Assembly (NCBI GenBank): GCA_030445745.1
Contig: JASUTE010000005.1
Coordinates: 68,501 to 132,500 of the forward strand
Direction of reading: 5' to 3'
DNA length: 64,000 nucleotides
DNA from: Candidatus Cloacimonadota bacterium
GTDB taxonomy: Bacteria > Cloacimonadota > Cloacimonadia > Cloacimonadales > TCS61
Shown piece by piece: positions 34,886 to 44,275 of the stretch. Below the pieces are notes generated by a model. The model was not told the DNA's origin. It saw only the letters and a list, made by a program, of their open reading frames with translations, and ran no database searches. Within the stretch, counting starts at the first letter, position 1, and every line of letters starts with the position of its first letter. Position numbers and translations under genes: made by a program.

Positions 34886-35619
34886 TGCAACTTGCAAAAT
34901 TAAAAGAGCAGGTAAAACAGCAGCAGCTTCCCAACCATATCGCAATAATTATGGATGGGAATGGACGCTGGGCAAAAAAACATAAGTTCAAGCGCATTAT
35001 GGGACACAAGAAAGGTGTGGAAACAGTTCGCAAAATTGTGGAAATTAGTGGCGAAATTGGTTTGAAATATCTCACACTCTATGCTTTTTCAACTGAAAAT
35101 TGGCGACGTTCGAAAACTGAAGTAGACTATTTGCTGAAACTTATAATCGAAACACTTGATAAGGAGATAGATGAATTAGTGGAGAAAAATGTAGTAATCA
35201 AATTCATCGGTACCGATAAAGGCCTGAGCCACAGTTATCGCGATAAGATAGAATCTACTTCCCAAAAATCCTGGCATAACGATGGATTGCACCTGAATGT
35301 GGCGATGAATTATGGGGGAAGACGGGAATTGGTGGAAGCTGTTCAAAAAATTGGCCGCAAAGTGAAAAGTGGTGAAATAGAAGCTGCAGATATCGATGAA
35401 AAATTAATATCCGCTCATCTTTATACTGCAAACATGCCCGATCCGGACTTGCTTATTCGTACCAGCGGTGAATACAGGCTTTCCAACTTTTTAATTTGGC
35501 AAAGTGCCTATGCCGAACTTTGGTTTACACCTGTACTTTGGCCAGATTTTACCCAAAAACATTTTCTGGAAGCTATTTGGGATTTCCAAAATCGTGAAAG
35601 AAGGTTTGGAGCTAGATAA
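34885..35619 (+). CDS. uppS: Isoprenyl transferase (undecaprenyl-diphosphate synthase)
   Basis: 'HIAIIMDGNGRWAK', 'LTLYAFSTENWRR', 'IRTSGEYRLSNFLIWQ' and 'RERRFG'. Confidence 0.95.
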   Translation: MQLAKLKEQVKQQQLPNHIAIIMDGNGRWAKKHKFKRIMGHKKGVETVRKIVEISGEIGLKYLTLYAFSTENWRRSKTEVDYLLKLIIETLDKEIDELVEKNVVIKFIGTDKGLSHSYRDKIESTSQKSWHNDGLHLNVAMNYGGRRELVEAVQKIGRKVKSGEIEAADIDEKLISAHLYTANMPDPDLLIRTSGEYRLSNFLIWQSAYAELWFTPVLWPDFTQKHFLEAIWDFQNRERRFGAR

Positions 35620-36404
35620 TGGAAATATTGAAACGAATTTTAGTTGCGGTTATCTTCATTCCTGTTTTACTACTGATCTTCTATTTAGGTGGTTGGTATC
35701 TTACGATATTGTTAGCGCTTATTTTAACAGCCCAGTTGGTGGAATTGCGCCACATCTTTGCCAAGTTGGAAGCCCAGCCCAATTTTCTTATTGTTCCTTT
35801 AGGCTTGCTGTTTTATTTCGCCAATATTTTGGCATCCAATCAGATTACCATAGCCGTTTTAGTTGCTTCTATCATCATTATGATGAGCATTGATCTGTTC
35901 TCACACCAATTACAAGGTGCGGTAAAACGTATTAGTTTCAGTATATTCGCCCTTATCTATCTTTCTCTGTTTTTAGCGCTTACTTTCAAGCTTAGTTTGC
36001 TGGGAGATGATAAATATCTGCTGCTGGGTCTAATGGTTACTATTTGGGTAACAGACAGTGCTGCTTATTTTTTGGGAATGAGCTTCGGTAAGCATCGGAA
36101 TATTTTTGCTGCCAGCCCGCAAAAATCTATTGAAGGCTTTATTTCTGGCATCATTGCAGCTTTTATTACTGCCTTTTTGTTGGGAATGCTCTTCGGCTAC
36201 ACAAACGTGCAGATTATCGCTATGGCAGTTGCTGCTGGTATATTTGGACAATTTGGTGATCTTTTTGAATCGATCTTGAAGCGTGACGCCGGTGTGAAAG
36301 ATAGTTCCAACCTCTTACCAGGACATGGTGGTATTTTAGACAGGTTCGATAGCCTGCTTTTTGCGGCACCAGTTCTATATTTGTTGCTTAGCCTATTAAA
36401 ATGA
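35619..36404 (+). CDS. cdsA: Phosphatidate cytidylyltransferase
   Basis: 261 aa and polytopic. The C-terminal signature is 'SILKRDAGVKDSSNLLPGHGGILDRFDS'. Confidence 0.92.
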   Translation: MEILKRILVAVIFIPVLLLIFYLGGWYLTILLALILTAQLVELRHIFAKLEAQPNFLIVPLGLLFYFANILASNQITIAVLVASIIIMMSIDLFSHQLQGAVKRISFSIFALIYLSLFLALTFKLSLLGDDKYLLLGLMVTIWVTDSAAYFLGMSFGKHRNIFAASPQKSIEGFISGIIAAFITAFLLGMLFGYTNVQIIAMAVAAGIFGQFGDLFESILKRDAGVKDSSNLLPGHGGILDRFDSLLFAAPVLYLLLSLLK

Positions 36405-36445
36405 TAGATTGTGAAACTTATTTAAAATAATCACGGAGGTGTATT

Positions 36446-37468
36446 ATTAAAATTATTTTAATAACAGGTGGTGCTGGTTTTATCGGTTCCAATTTTATAG
36501 AATACTTTTTGAACAAGTACAATGACTATAAGCTAATAAACTACGATAAACTTACCTATGCTGGGAATATTCAAAATTTAGCTACTGTAGAAGATAACGA
36601 AAATTATGTTTTCATTAAAGGTGATATTTGTGATTCCAAGCAACTAAAAAATGTGTTTGAAGAGTTTAATCCCGAATTTGTAGTTAATTTTGCGGCAGAA
36701 ACTCATGTGGATAGAAGTATTAAAGCTACTGATGAATTTATTAAAACCAATATCGAAGGCACCCAAACCCTATTAGAAAAAGCCAGAGAGCACGAGATAA
36801 AAAAGTTGGTACATATCTCTACCGATGAAGTTTACGGTGCTGTAGGGCCTTCCCAACAGGTTGATGAAACCGGCCAGTTAGCTCCCAACAATCCTTATGC
36901 TGCTAGTAAAGCTGCAGCAGATATGTTGCTGCGCGCAGCTATGAAAACTTATCGGCAACCCATAAATATAGTGAGAAGTACAAACAATTATGGTCCCTAT
37001 CAATTTCCCGAAAAATTCATTCCTCTGGTTATTTCTAATGCTATGCATCACAAAAAGATTCCTATTTACGGTTCCGGAAAAAATATGCGGGATTGGCTCT
37101 ATGTATTAGATAATTGCCGAGCTATTGAGCTGGTATTGAACAATGCTTCACCTGGTGAGATTTATAATGTGAGCACGAACAATCTGATTTCCAACTTGGA
37201 TTTAGCTAAGCAAATACTGGCAATAATGGAAAAACCGGAGAAATATATCGAGTTTGTGGAAGATAGACCTGGTCATGACTTTTGTTATGCCATAGATTCT
37301 ACAAAAATTAGGAAAGAACTGGGTTGGCAACCAAATATAGATTTTAAAATTGGTTTGCAGCAAACAGTGCAATGGTATTTGAATCATGAAGAGTGGCTGG
37401 ATGATGTCAGTACAGGAAAATATTTGGATAATTTGGAAAAAGTAAAACAGCAATATCCCGAGGTATAG
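36446..37468 (+). CDS. rfbB: dTDP-glucose 4,6-dehydratase (apparent ATT start codon)
   Basis: The Rossmann motif 'KIILITGGAGFIGSNF' is encoded upstream of the first canonical start (TTG at 36509). The frame is open from 36431. GGAGGT (36435-36440) lies 5 nt before ATT at 36446. Later motifs are 'FAAETHVDRS' and 'YAASKAAAD'. Confidence 0.85.
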   Translation: MKIILITGGAGFIGSNFIEYFLNKYNDYKLINYDKLTYAGNIQNLATVEDNENYVFIKGDICDSKQLKNVFEEFNPEFVVNFAAETHVDRSIKATDEFIKTNIEGTQTLLEKAREHEIKKLVHISTDEVYGAVGPSQQVDETGQLAPNNPYAASKAAADMLLRAAMKTYRQPINIVRSTNNYGPYQFPEKFIPLVISNAMHHKKIPIYGSGKNMRDWLYVLDNCRAIELVLNNASPGEIYNVSTNNLISNLDLAKQILAIMEKPEKYIEFVEDRPGHDFCYAIDSTKIRKELGWQPNIDFKIGLQQTVQWYLNHEEWLDDVSTGKYLDNLEKVKQQYPEV

Positions 37469-38920
37469 ATGAGAAGAAATTTAATATTTTTAATGATTTT
37501 ATTTTTACTCACGGGTTGCGCTACTGTTGGGAATCTCAATTGGTTACCCCAAAACAAAAAATTGTTGCAGGAAAACAGTTTACAAAAACAGCAACTAGAT
37601 AGTCTTAAAACTGAGCTTGCCGATTTAACTCAAGTTATCGATTCCTTGTATTATGAAATTGAATACCAGCGATATACAGCCGATTCTTTACGCGAAGCTT
37701 TGGAAATAGCCAATAGCCGTGTAGCTGTGAACCAGCAGTTCGTTATTCCCGATTCTATTGAATTTGCTGGCAGAATCTTTCATTTACATAACGAACGTAT
37801 CTATCATAAATTTGAAAAGATCTTTAAAAATGAGCTAAATTCTGCGCATCGTTTCATCCCACGTACTGGACGTTATTTCGCTCTTTTCGATTCTGTGTTT
37901 GCCCAGTATGAAGTACCTCTTGATGCCAAGTATTTGGCTATAGCTGAGAGCAGATTAAGCAGTCTGGCTTATTCGCGAGCTGGTGCTTCTGGTATATGGC
38001 AGTTTATGAAGAGTACGGCTGAGGGCTATGGTATGAAGGTTAATTCCTATGTGGATGAACGCCGCAACGTGTACAAAGCCACCGAGGCAGCTGCTAAATT
38101 CCTTAAGAGTAATTATCAATTTTTACAAAGATATGGTGTGAATGATTGGCTGCTGGCCATGAGCGCTTATAACGCTGGGCCAGGTAACATTGCTAAGGTT
38201 ATTCGTCAGCAAGGCGGCAAAGATTTCTTTGATCTTATGATGAAAGCAGATGAAACCAATAAATATGTTTGGAAAGCAGTTGCAGCTAAGCTTATAATTG
38301 AAAATGAAGAGGAAATATTTGGGAAGAAATTAGAGCGTCAACAACCATTAGATGAAATAGTGAGACAAGAACCAATAGAACTAAAAGGGTATCATAAAAT
38401 TGATGATTGGGCCCAAGCTCAAGGTACTTTTGTAGGTAAAATTTGGGAATTTAATCCCTGGATAAAAATCTACCAAAGGTCTAATGGCAAATATTCTTCC
38501 ATAAATGATGTAGTTCTACCTCCTGGAAAATTTGAAATATTGGTTCCCATTGCAAGCAAGCAAGATAATGAAAAATTAGCTAAGATTCAGAAAAAATTGC
38601 TACAAGAAAATTCAGGTTATTTTACCTATCATGTTGTAAAGAAGGGTGATAATCTTTATAATATTGCCAGAAAATATAAAACTTCAGTTAGCAAACTAAA
38701 AGAGCTTAATGGATTGCATTCCAATATAATAATACCTGGTCAGAAACTAAAATTATTCGGTCAATCCAGCGAAAGTTACTATGTAGTGAAAAAAGGTGAT
38801 TCAGTTAGCAAGATAGCTGATAAAGTGGGCACTAGCACAACTCACCTAATTAAAAAAAATAACCTTAAAAGCAAAAACGGGGTAGTAATGATCTATCCCG
38901 GCCAAAAATTGTATTTTTAG
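37469..38920 (+). CDS. Lipoprotein lytic murein transglycosylase (MltD-like) with two C-terminal LysM domains
   Basis: Lipobox 'LLLTGCA'. SLT domain 'AIAESRLSSLAYSRAGASGIWQFM...AYNAGPGN'. Two LysM repeats, 'YHVVKKGDNLYNIARKY' and 'YYVVKKGDSVSKIADKV'. Confidence 0.88.
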   Translation: MRRNLIFLMILFLLTGCATVGNLNWLPQNKKLLQENSLQKQQLDSLKTELADLTQVIDSLYYEIEYQRYTADSLREALEIANSRVAVNQQFVIPDSIEFAGRIFHLHNERIYHKFEKIFKNELNSAHRFIPRTGRYFALFDSVFAQYEVPLDAKYLAIAESRLSSLAYSRAGASGIWQFMKSTAEGYGMKVNSYVDERRNVYKATEAAAKFLKSNYQFLQRYGVNDWLLAMSAYNAGPGNIAKVIRQQGGKDFFDLMMKADETNKYVWKAVAAKLIIENEEEIFGKKLERQQPLDEIVRQEPIELKGYHKIDDWAQAQGTFVGKIWEFNPWIKIYQRSNGKYSSINDVVLPPGKFEILVPIASKQDNEKLAKIQKKLLQENSGYFTYHVVKKGDNLYNIARKYKTSVSKLKELNGLHSNIIIPGQKLKLFGQSSESYYVVKKGDSVSKIADKVGTSTTHLIKKNNLKSKNGVVMIYPGQKLYF

Positions 38921-39367
38921 ATGAAATTAATGACAAGGCGAATGCTGAAAACAGATCTGCCACAGGTTTTAGCAATTGAGCAACAACTATTTGCAGATCC
39001 TTGGCAAGCTGGAATGTTTACAGAAGAGATCGATAAGCATGAAGCATGGGTAGCGATAAATGAATTGAACCAGATAGTGGGGTATCTTACAGGATGGCTG
39101 GTGGCAGACGATTTTTCACTAAATAATATCGCTGTGGATAAATCTTTTCAAAGAAAGAAAATCGCCACTAAATTGCTAAAAGAAATTATTAAAAAGCTTA
39201 GAACCAGAAAGTGTAAAAATATTTTTTTGGTAGTAAGAGAGAGTAATTTGGCAGCAATTAGGCTTTACGAAAAGTTTCAATTTGTTATTATAGGCAAAAA
39301 AAAAGAATATTATCAGAAACCAGTTGAAGATGCCTTGGTTATGAAGTTGGAAATAGAGGAGAAATGA
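38921..39367 (+). CDS. rimI: GNAT N-acetyltransferase, RimI-like (ribosomal-protein-alanine acetyltransferase)
   Basis: 148 aa. 'LAIEQQLFADPW', 'LNNIAVDKSFQRKKIATKLL' and 'LVVRESNLAAIRLYEKFQF'. Confidence 0.8.
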   Translation: MKLMTRRMLKTDLPQVLAIEQQLFADPWQAGMFTEEIDKHEAWVAINELNQIVGYLTGWLVADDFSLNNIAVDKSFQRKKIATKLLKEIIKKLRTRKCKNIFLVVRESNLAAIRLYEKFQFVIIGKKKEYYQKPVEDALVMKLEIEEK

Positions 39368-39990
39368 AAGAAAAATTTATTACGTTTGAAGGTATAGAAG
39401 GCTCTGGAAAAACCAGCCAGGCTAAATTGTTACAAGAATATTTTGAAAAGCAAGGTAAAGAGGTTTTGCTTACCCGTGAGCCGGGGGGACCTAAAATATC
39501 TGAACAAATCAGAAATATCCTGTTGAGTAATGCTAATAAAGAGATGTTGCCCGAAACAGAGATGCTGCTTTATATGGCCAGCCGTAGTCAGCACACTGGC
39601 GAATGGATAATTCCCATGTTGAAAAGAGGCAAAATAGTTATCTCAGATCGCTATTACGATTCTACTTGGGCTTATCAAGGGGTTGCGCGTAATTTGAATA
39701 TGGATATAATACGTACCATTACTAAATATGCTACTTATGGCTTGGTGCCAGATATTACTATACTCATAGATTTACCGGCATCAATTGGCTTATCGCGAAT
39801 AGCTAAGAAAGAAGCAGATCGCCTGGAAAATGAATCACTAGAATTTCATAAAAAAGTTCGAAAGGCATTTCTTGACATTGCCAAACAGGAAAATAATCGT
39901 TACATTGTGGTAGATGGAACTAAAAGTATTCCCAAACTGCACAAAGAAATTATAGAAAAAATTAATGATAAGGAAGGTAGAAATGAATAA
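39364..39990 (+). CDS. tmk: Thymidylate kinase
   Basis: P-loop 'ITFEGIEGSGKTSQ', plus 'TREPGG' and 'DRYYDSTWAYQG'. Confidence 0.94.
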   Translation: MKEKFITFEGIEGSGKTSQAKLLQEYFEKQGKEVLLTREPGGPKISEQIRNILLSNANKEMLPETEMLLYMASRSQHTGEWIIPMLKRGKIVISDRYYDSTWAYQGVARNLNMDIIRTITKYATYGLVPDITILIDLPASIGLSRIAKKEADRLENESLEFHKKVRKAFLDIAKQENNRYIVVDGTKSIPKLHKEIIEKINDKEGRNE

Positions 39991-41626
39991 ATTATCAAAG
40001 ATAATCTTGTCTGTAAGCCTTATTGGATGGGCATTGGTTGGAATTCTATTCCTAAATTCTTCTACTGTGGTTGCCGAAAACGATGCCCAATCGTCCAATG
40101 TGTACAAACAAATGCGTCTTTTTAACGAAGTACTTTTCAAACTGCGTGATAATTACGTGGAAGAACTGGATATGCAAAGACTGATCGATGCTGCTATCGA
40201 AGGTATGTTAGATGAAACAGATCCTCATACCAACTTTTTCACTCCTGATGAGTTCGAACAATTTAGTACCGATACCAAAGGCGAATTTGGCGGGTTAGGT
40301 ATTACCATAAGCAAAAAAGGAGATTACATAACGGTTGTTTCTCCTATGGAAGGGACACCTGCTTACCGAGTTGGTATACTTTCTGGCGATAAGATAGCCA
40401 AAGTAGATGGAGAAAGTATGGTTGGTGTTAGTACTAATGAAGCGATAAAAAAGATGCGGGGTGAAAAAGGCACTAAAGTAGAGCTGGAAATTATTCGTCC
40501 CGGCGTGGAAGAACCTCTTAATTTTGAAATCGTAAGAGATATAATCAAAATAGATAGCGTGCCCTATTCTTTCAAATTGGACGACGGAATAGGCTATATC
40601 CGCATTCGCCAATTTAATGCTAACACCACAGAAGAATTACGTTCCAGTTTAGATGAATTGGAAACAGCAGGTATTCGCGGTTTGGTAATAGATCTACGCT
40701 TCAATCCTGGTGGATTGCTGCGTGAAGCTGTGAATACTGTAAATGAATTTGTGGGTAAAAATAAATTGGTTGTGTTTACCAAAGGACGTATTCCTAGAGC
40801 AAACCAAGAATACTATACGCGCTACAATCGTCAGCGTTCCGGTTATCCTATTGTTGTGCTTATAAACGAAGGTTCGGCTAGTGCTTCCGAAATTTTTGCC
40901 GGTTCTATGCAAGATTACGATAGAGCATTGGTGGTGGGCAAAACTTCTTTTGGGAAAGGTTCAGTGCAAAATCTTATCCCACTTTCCGATGGCAATGCTA
41001 TAAAAATAACAACAGCGAAGTACTATATAAAATCGGGAAGGTGTATACATAAGGAATTAAACGATAAGCTCTTGAAAGATGAACGTTACCGCAATGGAGA
41101 TTATTCCAAAGAAGAATTAGAAGAAATGCGTCAAGAATTGGAAGAAAAGACACACAATAAAGTATTTTATACTGTTGGAGGTCGCAAAGTATATGGTGGT
41201 GGTGGCATTACACCAGATATCGAAATCGATAACGACCTACTAACCGATTTGGGCGTGGAATTACGTAGGAAAAACACATTTTTCAATTTCTCCGTAGAAT
41301 ATATGTTAGAAAATGAAGATACTGTGACAGAAGATTTCGAAGCAGACCAGCAGCTTGTTCAAGATTTTCTGAAGTTCGCAGAGACTAAAGATATAAAATG
41401 TGAAGAAACAGCAGTGGATAGTTGCTATAGCTGGATTCAAACAGAGCTTACCAGCAACATTATTGGCCGAAAATTTGGTGAAACAGCTAGCTATAAGATC
41501 TCACTGCGTGAAGATGACCAGCTTCAGGAAGCTTTAGACCTGTTCGATAAATACGATACTCTGCCAGAAATGTTCGACTATGCAGCAAAAATAAAAGAAA
41601 GCAAAAAGGAGGAGAAAGATGAATAA
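39983..41626 (+). CDS. ctpA: S41 family C-terminal processing peptidase (PDZ domain)
   Basis: Signal/TM N-terminus. PDZ 'GGLGITIS...GDKIAKVDGES'. Catalytic region 'DLRFNPGGLL', 'INEGSASASEIFAG' and 'GKTSFGKGSVQ'. I prefer the ATG at 39983 (AGGAAGG SD); the track ORF starts at 39965. Confidence 0.9.
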   Translation: MNKLSKIILSVSLIGWALVGILFLNSSTVVAENDAQSSNVYKQMRLFNEVLFKLRDNYVEELDMQRLIDAAIEGMLDETDPHTNFFTPDEFEQFSTDTKGEFGGLGITISKKGDYITVVSPMEGTPAYRVGILSGDKIAKVDGESMVGVSTNEAIKKMRGEKGTKVELEIIRPGVEEPLNFEIVRDIIKIDSVPYSFKLDDGIGYIRIRQFNANTTEELRSSLDELETAGIRGLVIDLRFNPGGLLREAVNTVNEFVGKNKLVVFTKGRIPRANQEYYTRYNRQRSGYPIVVLINEGSASASEIFAGSMQDYDRALVVGKTSFGKGSVQNLIPLSDGNAIKITTAKYYIKSGRCIHKELNDKLLKDERYRNGDYSKEELEEMRQELEEKTHNKVFYTVGGRKVYGGGGITPDIEIDNDLLTDLGVELRRKNTFFNFSVEYMLENEDTVTEDFEADQQLVQDFLKFAETKDIKCEETAVDSCYSWIQTELTSNIIGRKFGETASYKISLREDDQLQEALDLFDKYDTLPEMFDYAAKIKESKKEEKDE

Positions 41627-42122
41627 ACAAAAATTACTTGAGTCGATAAAAGGTGGCATCAAAGGCGAATTAGATAGCATTAATTTATATTCGCAAGCTT
41701 TAAAACATGCCGAAGGTTCTGCTGTTAAAGAGTTTTTGGAAAACAGAATAAAAGAAGAGCAGCAGCACTACAACTTTCTGCTGAATTACTATCGCGAAAT
41801 AGAAGATGATCAGAAGTTATCTTCAATTCCTACTGAACTTCAAAACAAAGAAAATGAGTATAGTCCTATTATAAGCGATGAATTTCTGAATAGAATAGCT
41901 TCTCAGCAAATTCTATTTTCTACATTTTCTACAGCTGCACTTTTGGAAAAGAATTCCATGGATTACTATAGAAAATGCGCTGAAGAAGTTGATGAACCTA
42001 TTTTACAAGAATTTTATAAAAAATTGGTAGATTGGGAAGCTACTCATTACGAAGATGTAATTGACATTCAAAAACAAGCTGAAAAAGCTTACTGGCAAAT
42101 GAATCGCTTCGAACCTTTCTAA
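41619..42122 (+). CDS. Ferritin-like / rubrerythrin-family domain protein
   Basis: 167 aa. 'GELDSINLYSQAL', 'IKEEQQHYNFL', 'LEKNSMDYYRKCA' and 'DWEATHYEDV' give a diiron-type E/ExxH helix pattern. Confidence 0.65.
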   Translation: MNKQKLLESIKGGIKGELDSINLYSQALKHAEGSAVKEFLENRIKEEQQHYNFLLNYYREIEDDQKLSSIPTELQNKENEYSPIISDEFLNRIASQQILFSTFSTAALLEKNSMDYYRKCAEEVDEPILQEFYKKLVDWEATHYEDVIDIQKQAEKAYWQMNRFEPF

Positions 42123-42132
42123 ATTAATTTAG

Positions 42133-42156
42133 AGCCCGGCTGCTTGCGGTCGGGCT
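42133..42156. terminator. Hairpin between convergent genes (possible bidirectional terminator)
   Basis: AGCCCG (42133-42138) pairs with CGGGCT (42151-42156) around a 12-nt loop. TCTTTATT follows on the plus strand. It lies between the ferritin-like gene (+) and the MATE gene (-). Confidence 0.4.
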
Positions 42157-42159
42157 TCT

Positions 42160-43608
42160 TTATTGGTTAATTTTAGCTTTTTTCCATGTACCGCGACTGT
42201 AAACGAAAAAGGCTACTATCGTAGCAATAACATTGCTTACCAACATCGACCACCACAATGAATCGTATGGATGTGCTGCTAAAGGTTGCGATAGTGGCGT
42301 TAAAATATTTTTCCAAAAATCAGTTTGGAATAAACCGAACTCCATTATTTTACCAGAAAGAATGTAAACTAAAGGAATGCGCAGCAGCCACAAACGGAAA
42401 ATATTGATATACATCGTGGGTTTGGTATGACCAGAACCGTTAAAAACACCAAACATAACAAACATCAAACCAAAAGTGCAGGAAGCAATCGACATCACTT
42501 TGAACATTCGCCTGCCAGCTTCTATAACTGCAGCATCTTGAATGAAAATACTGGTAAGTGTACCGCCAAACAGAAATAACACTATACAGCCACATATCAT
42601 AATCGGCATTACTAATTTCAATGCTATCCCCACGCTATGTTCTGCTCTTTTTACTTTTTGGGCTCCTAAATTCTGTCCGATAACAGCAGCTAAACCATTG
42701 CTAATTCCCATTGCAGGCATCATGAAAAAACTCCTTATGCGCGAACCAATAGCATAAACAGAAATAACCATGGTTCCATAACTGTTTACAAATCCCTGCA
42801 GAAACAGAATCCCGAAACTGGTCATAGATTGACCCAAAGAGGCTGGAATGCTTATGCTAAGGATTTTTTTCAATACTGGCGGATTGGGAATAATATGCTT
42901 CAATTTAGGAACAATTTGCGGTGATTTCTTAAACAGGAAATATATAGCTACTCCTGCACCTATAAATCTGGCAATCAAAGTAGCATAAGCTGCTCCTAAA
43001 ATTTCCAATTTAGGTAAGAAACCGATTCCAAAGATCAACAGTGGATCTAAAATCACATTTATTAAAACCGAGACAAATTGAATTTTCATGGGTGATACAG
43101 TATCACCTAAACCATGTGAAAAACTTTGGTAGGAGATAAAAACAAACATAAACAGCATTCCAAACAAAATCACTGAAATATACTGCTTCGCTTCTACCAA
43201 TATTACCTCTGGTGTATTTAATAATCTTAAAATATCATCTATAAAAATAAAACTAGCTGACAGAAAAATAGCTGCGAAAAGTGACATAATGATGATAAAT
43301 TGGCCGACCACTTCTTTCATTTTTTCATATTGATGAGCACCTTTGTATTGAGCCACCAAGGTAGTTCCGGCAATTACAAAACCAAACCCAAATGAAGTTA
43401 GGAAAAATATGAGTGGAAAAGTCATTCCGGCTACAGCTACTGCGTTTCGGGCTGAATCGCCTAATTTTCCTAACCAAAAAGCATCTGTTAAATTGTAGAA
43501 TGTTTGAAAAAAGTTGGAAAGCATTATCGGCAGTGACAGCTTAACCAAATTTTTTAAAATGTTACCGCTACTAAGATCGATGCCAGAGGTAGATTTTTTG
43601 GGGGGCAT
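42160..43608 (-). CDS. MATE family efflux transporter
   Basis: 482 aa, with a 12-TM pattern. N-terminus 'ILKNLVKLSLPIMLSNFFQTFYNLTDAFWLGKLG' is typical of MatE. Confidence 0.9.
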   Translation of the reverse strand: MPPKKSTSGIDLSSGNILKNLVKLSLPIMLSNFFQTFYNLTDAFWLGKLGDSARNAVAVAGMTFPLIFFLTSFGFGFVIAGTTLVAQYKGAHQYEKMKEVVGQFIIIMSLFAAIFLSASFIFIDDILRLLNTPEVILVEAKQYISVILFGMLFMFVFISYQSFSHGLGDTVSPMKIQFVSVLINVILDPLLIFGIGFLPKLEILGAAYATLIARFIGAGVAIYFLFKKSPQIVPKLKHIIPNPPVLKKILSISIPASLGQSMTSFGILFLQGFVNSYGTMVISVYAIGSRIRSFFMMPAMGISNGLAAVIGQNLGAQKVKRAEHSVGIALKLVMPIMICGCIVLFLFGGTLTSIFIQDAAVIEAGRRMFKVMSIASCTFGLMFVMFGVFNGSGHTKPTMYINIFRLWLLRIPLVYILSGKIMEFGLFQTDFWKNILTPLSQPLAAHPYDSLWWSMLVSNVIATIVAFFVYSRGTWKKAKINQ

Positions 43609-43958
43609 TAGGGATATATCCTATTAAACTCTTTCGATAAATTCAATAACAGTGGTAGGTGTGCCAAAAGACCATTAGCGCCTTCGTATTTCAGAAAAAG
43701 CCCATCAGAGAAGCGAAAGCAACAATCTTCACTCCAAAAATTACCTAAAAATTCAGCTAAAGATATCTTTATATTCTGCATTAAATATTCAGTATCTTGA
43801 AGTATTTTTGTTGCCAACTCTTCTTTGTCTGCCAGAGTTTTAAGAAGATCATTTTTTTCGATAAGAAATACCTGATATTCTGTTGTGGCGGCAGCGGAAT
43901 TAGCAAATTTTGCTAAGGAATAAGACACTGCTTGCCACCAGGGATTATTTGTGTTCAA
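43608..43958 (-). CDS. Hypothetical protein (116 aa, cytoplasmic)
   Basis: The start/stop overlaps its neighbours (1 nt with MATE, 4 nt with the upstream ORF). I recognise no family. Confidence 0.5.
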   Translation of the reverse strand: MNTNNPWWQAVSYSLAKFANSAAATTEYQVFLIEKNDLLKTLADKEELATKILQDTEYLMQNIKISLAEFLGNFWSEDCCFRFSDGLFLKYEGANGLLAHLPLLLNLSKEFNRIYP

Positions 43959-44275
43959 CTCAAATTCCGCCAGAAATTCCTCCCTTCTTTTATACCATTG
44001 GCTATCAATTTATTATCCTGGGGGAAAACTTTAAAATTAGATTTTGAATTCTGAAAAATAAATTTGGTAGTTTGGTGCTCTTGCTTATAGCAGCTGGTTT
44101 GGCGTTCATTTCCAATTCTGTAAATTCGTTTAATTAATGTATCGGTTTTTATAACTTCATAATATGCTATCGCAGAAGGGTCTTGAACAGTTTCGTGATA
44201 ACGGTAAACTTGGGAGCTGCTGGTCAAAATGCTAGTAAATATTATAGTTAGGAAAAGGACGCTTGTTTTTTTCAT
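43955..44275 (-). CDS. Hypothetical exported protein (106 aa)
   Basis: N-terminal signal-like 'MKKTSVLFLTIIFTSILTSSS'. 4-nt overlaps on both sides. I recognise no family. Confidence 0.5.
   Translation of the reverse strand: MKKTSVLFLTIIFTSILTSSSQVYRYHETVQDPSAIAYYEVIKTDTLIKRIYRIGNERQTSCYKQEHQTTKFIFQNSKSNFKVFPQDNKLIANGIKEGRNFWRNLS

Noticed and set aside
35504-35893. 129-aa plus-strand ORF overlapping the uppS/cdsA junction.
   Set aside because: It is out of frame relative to both conserved genes. The translation has no motif, and the cdsA frame explains the region.
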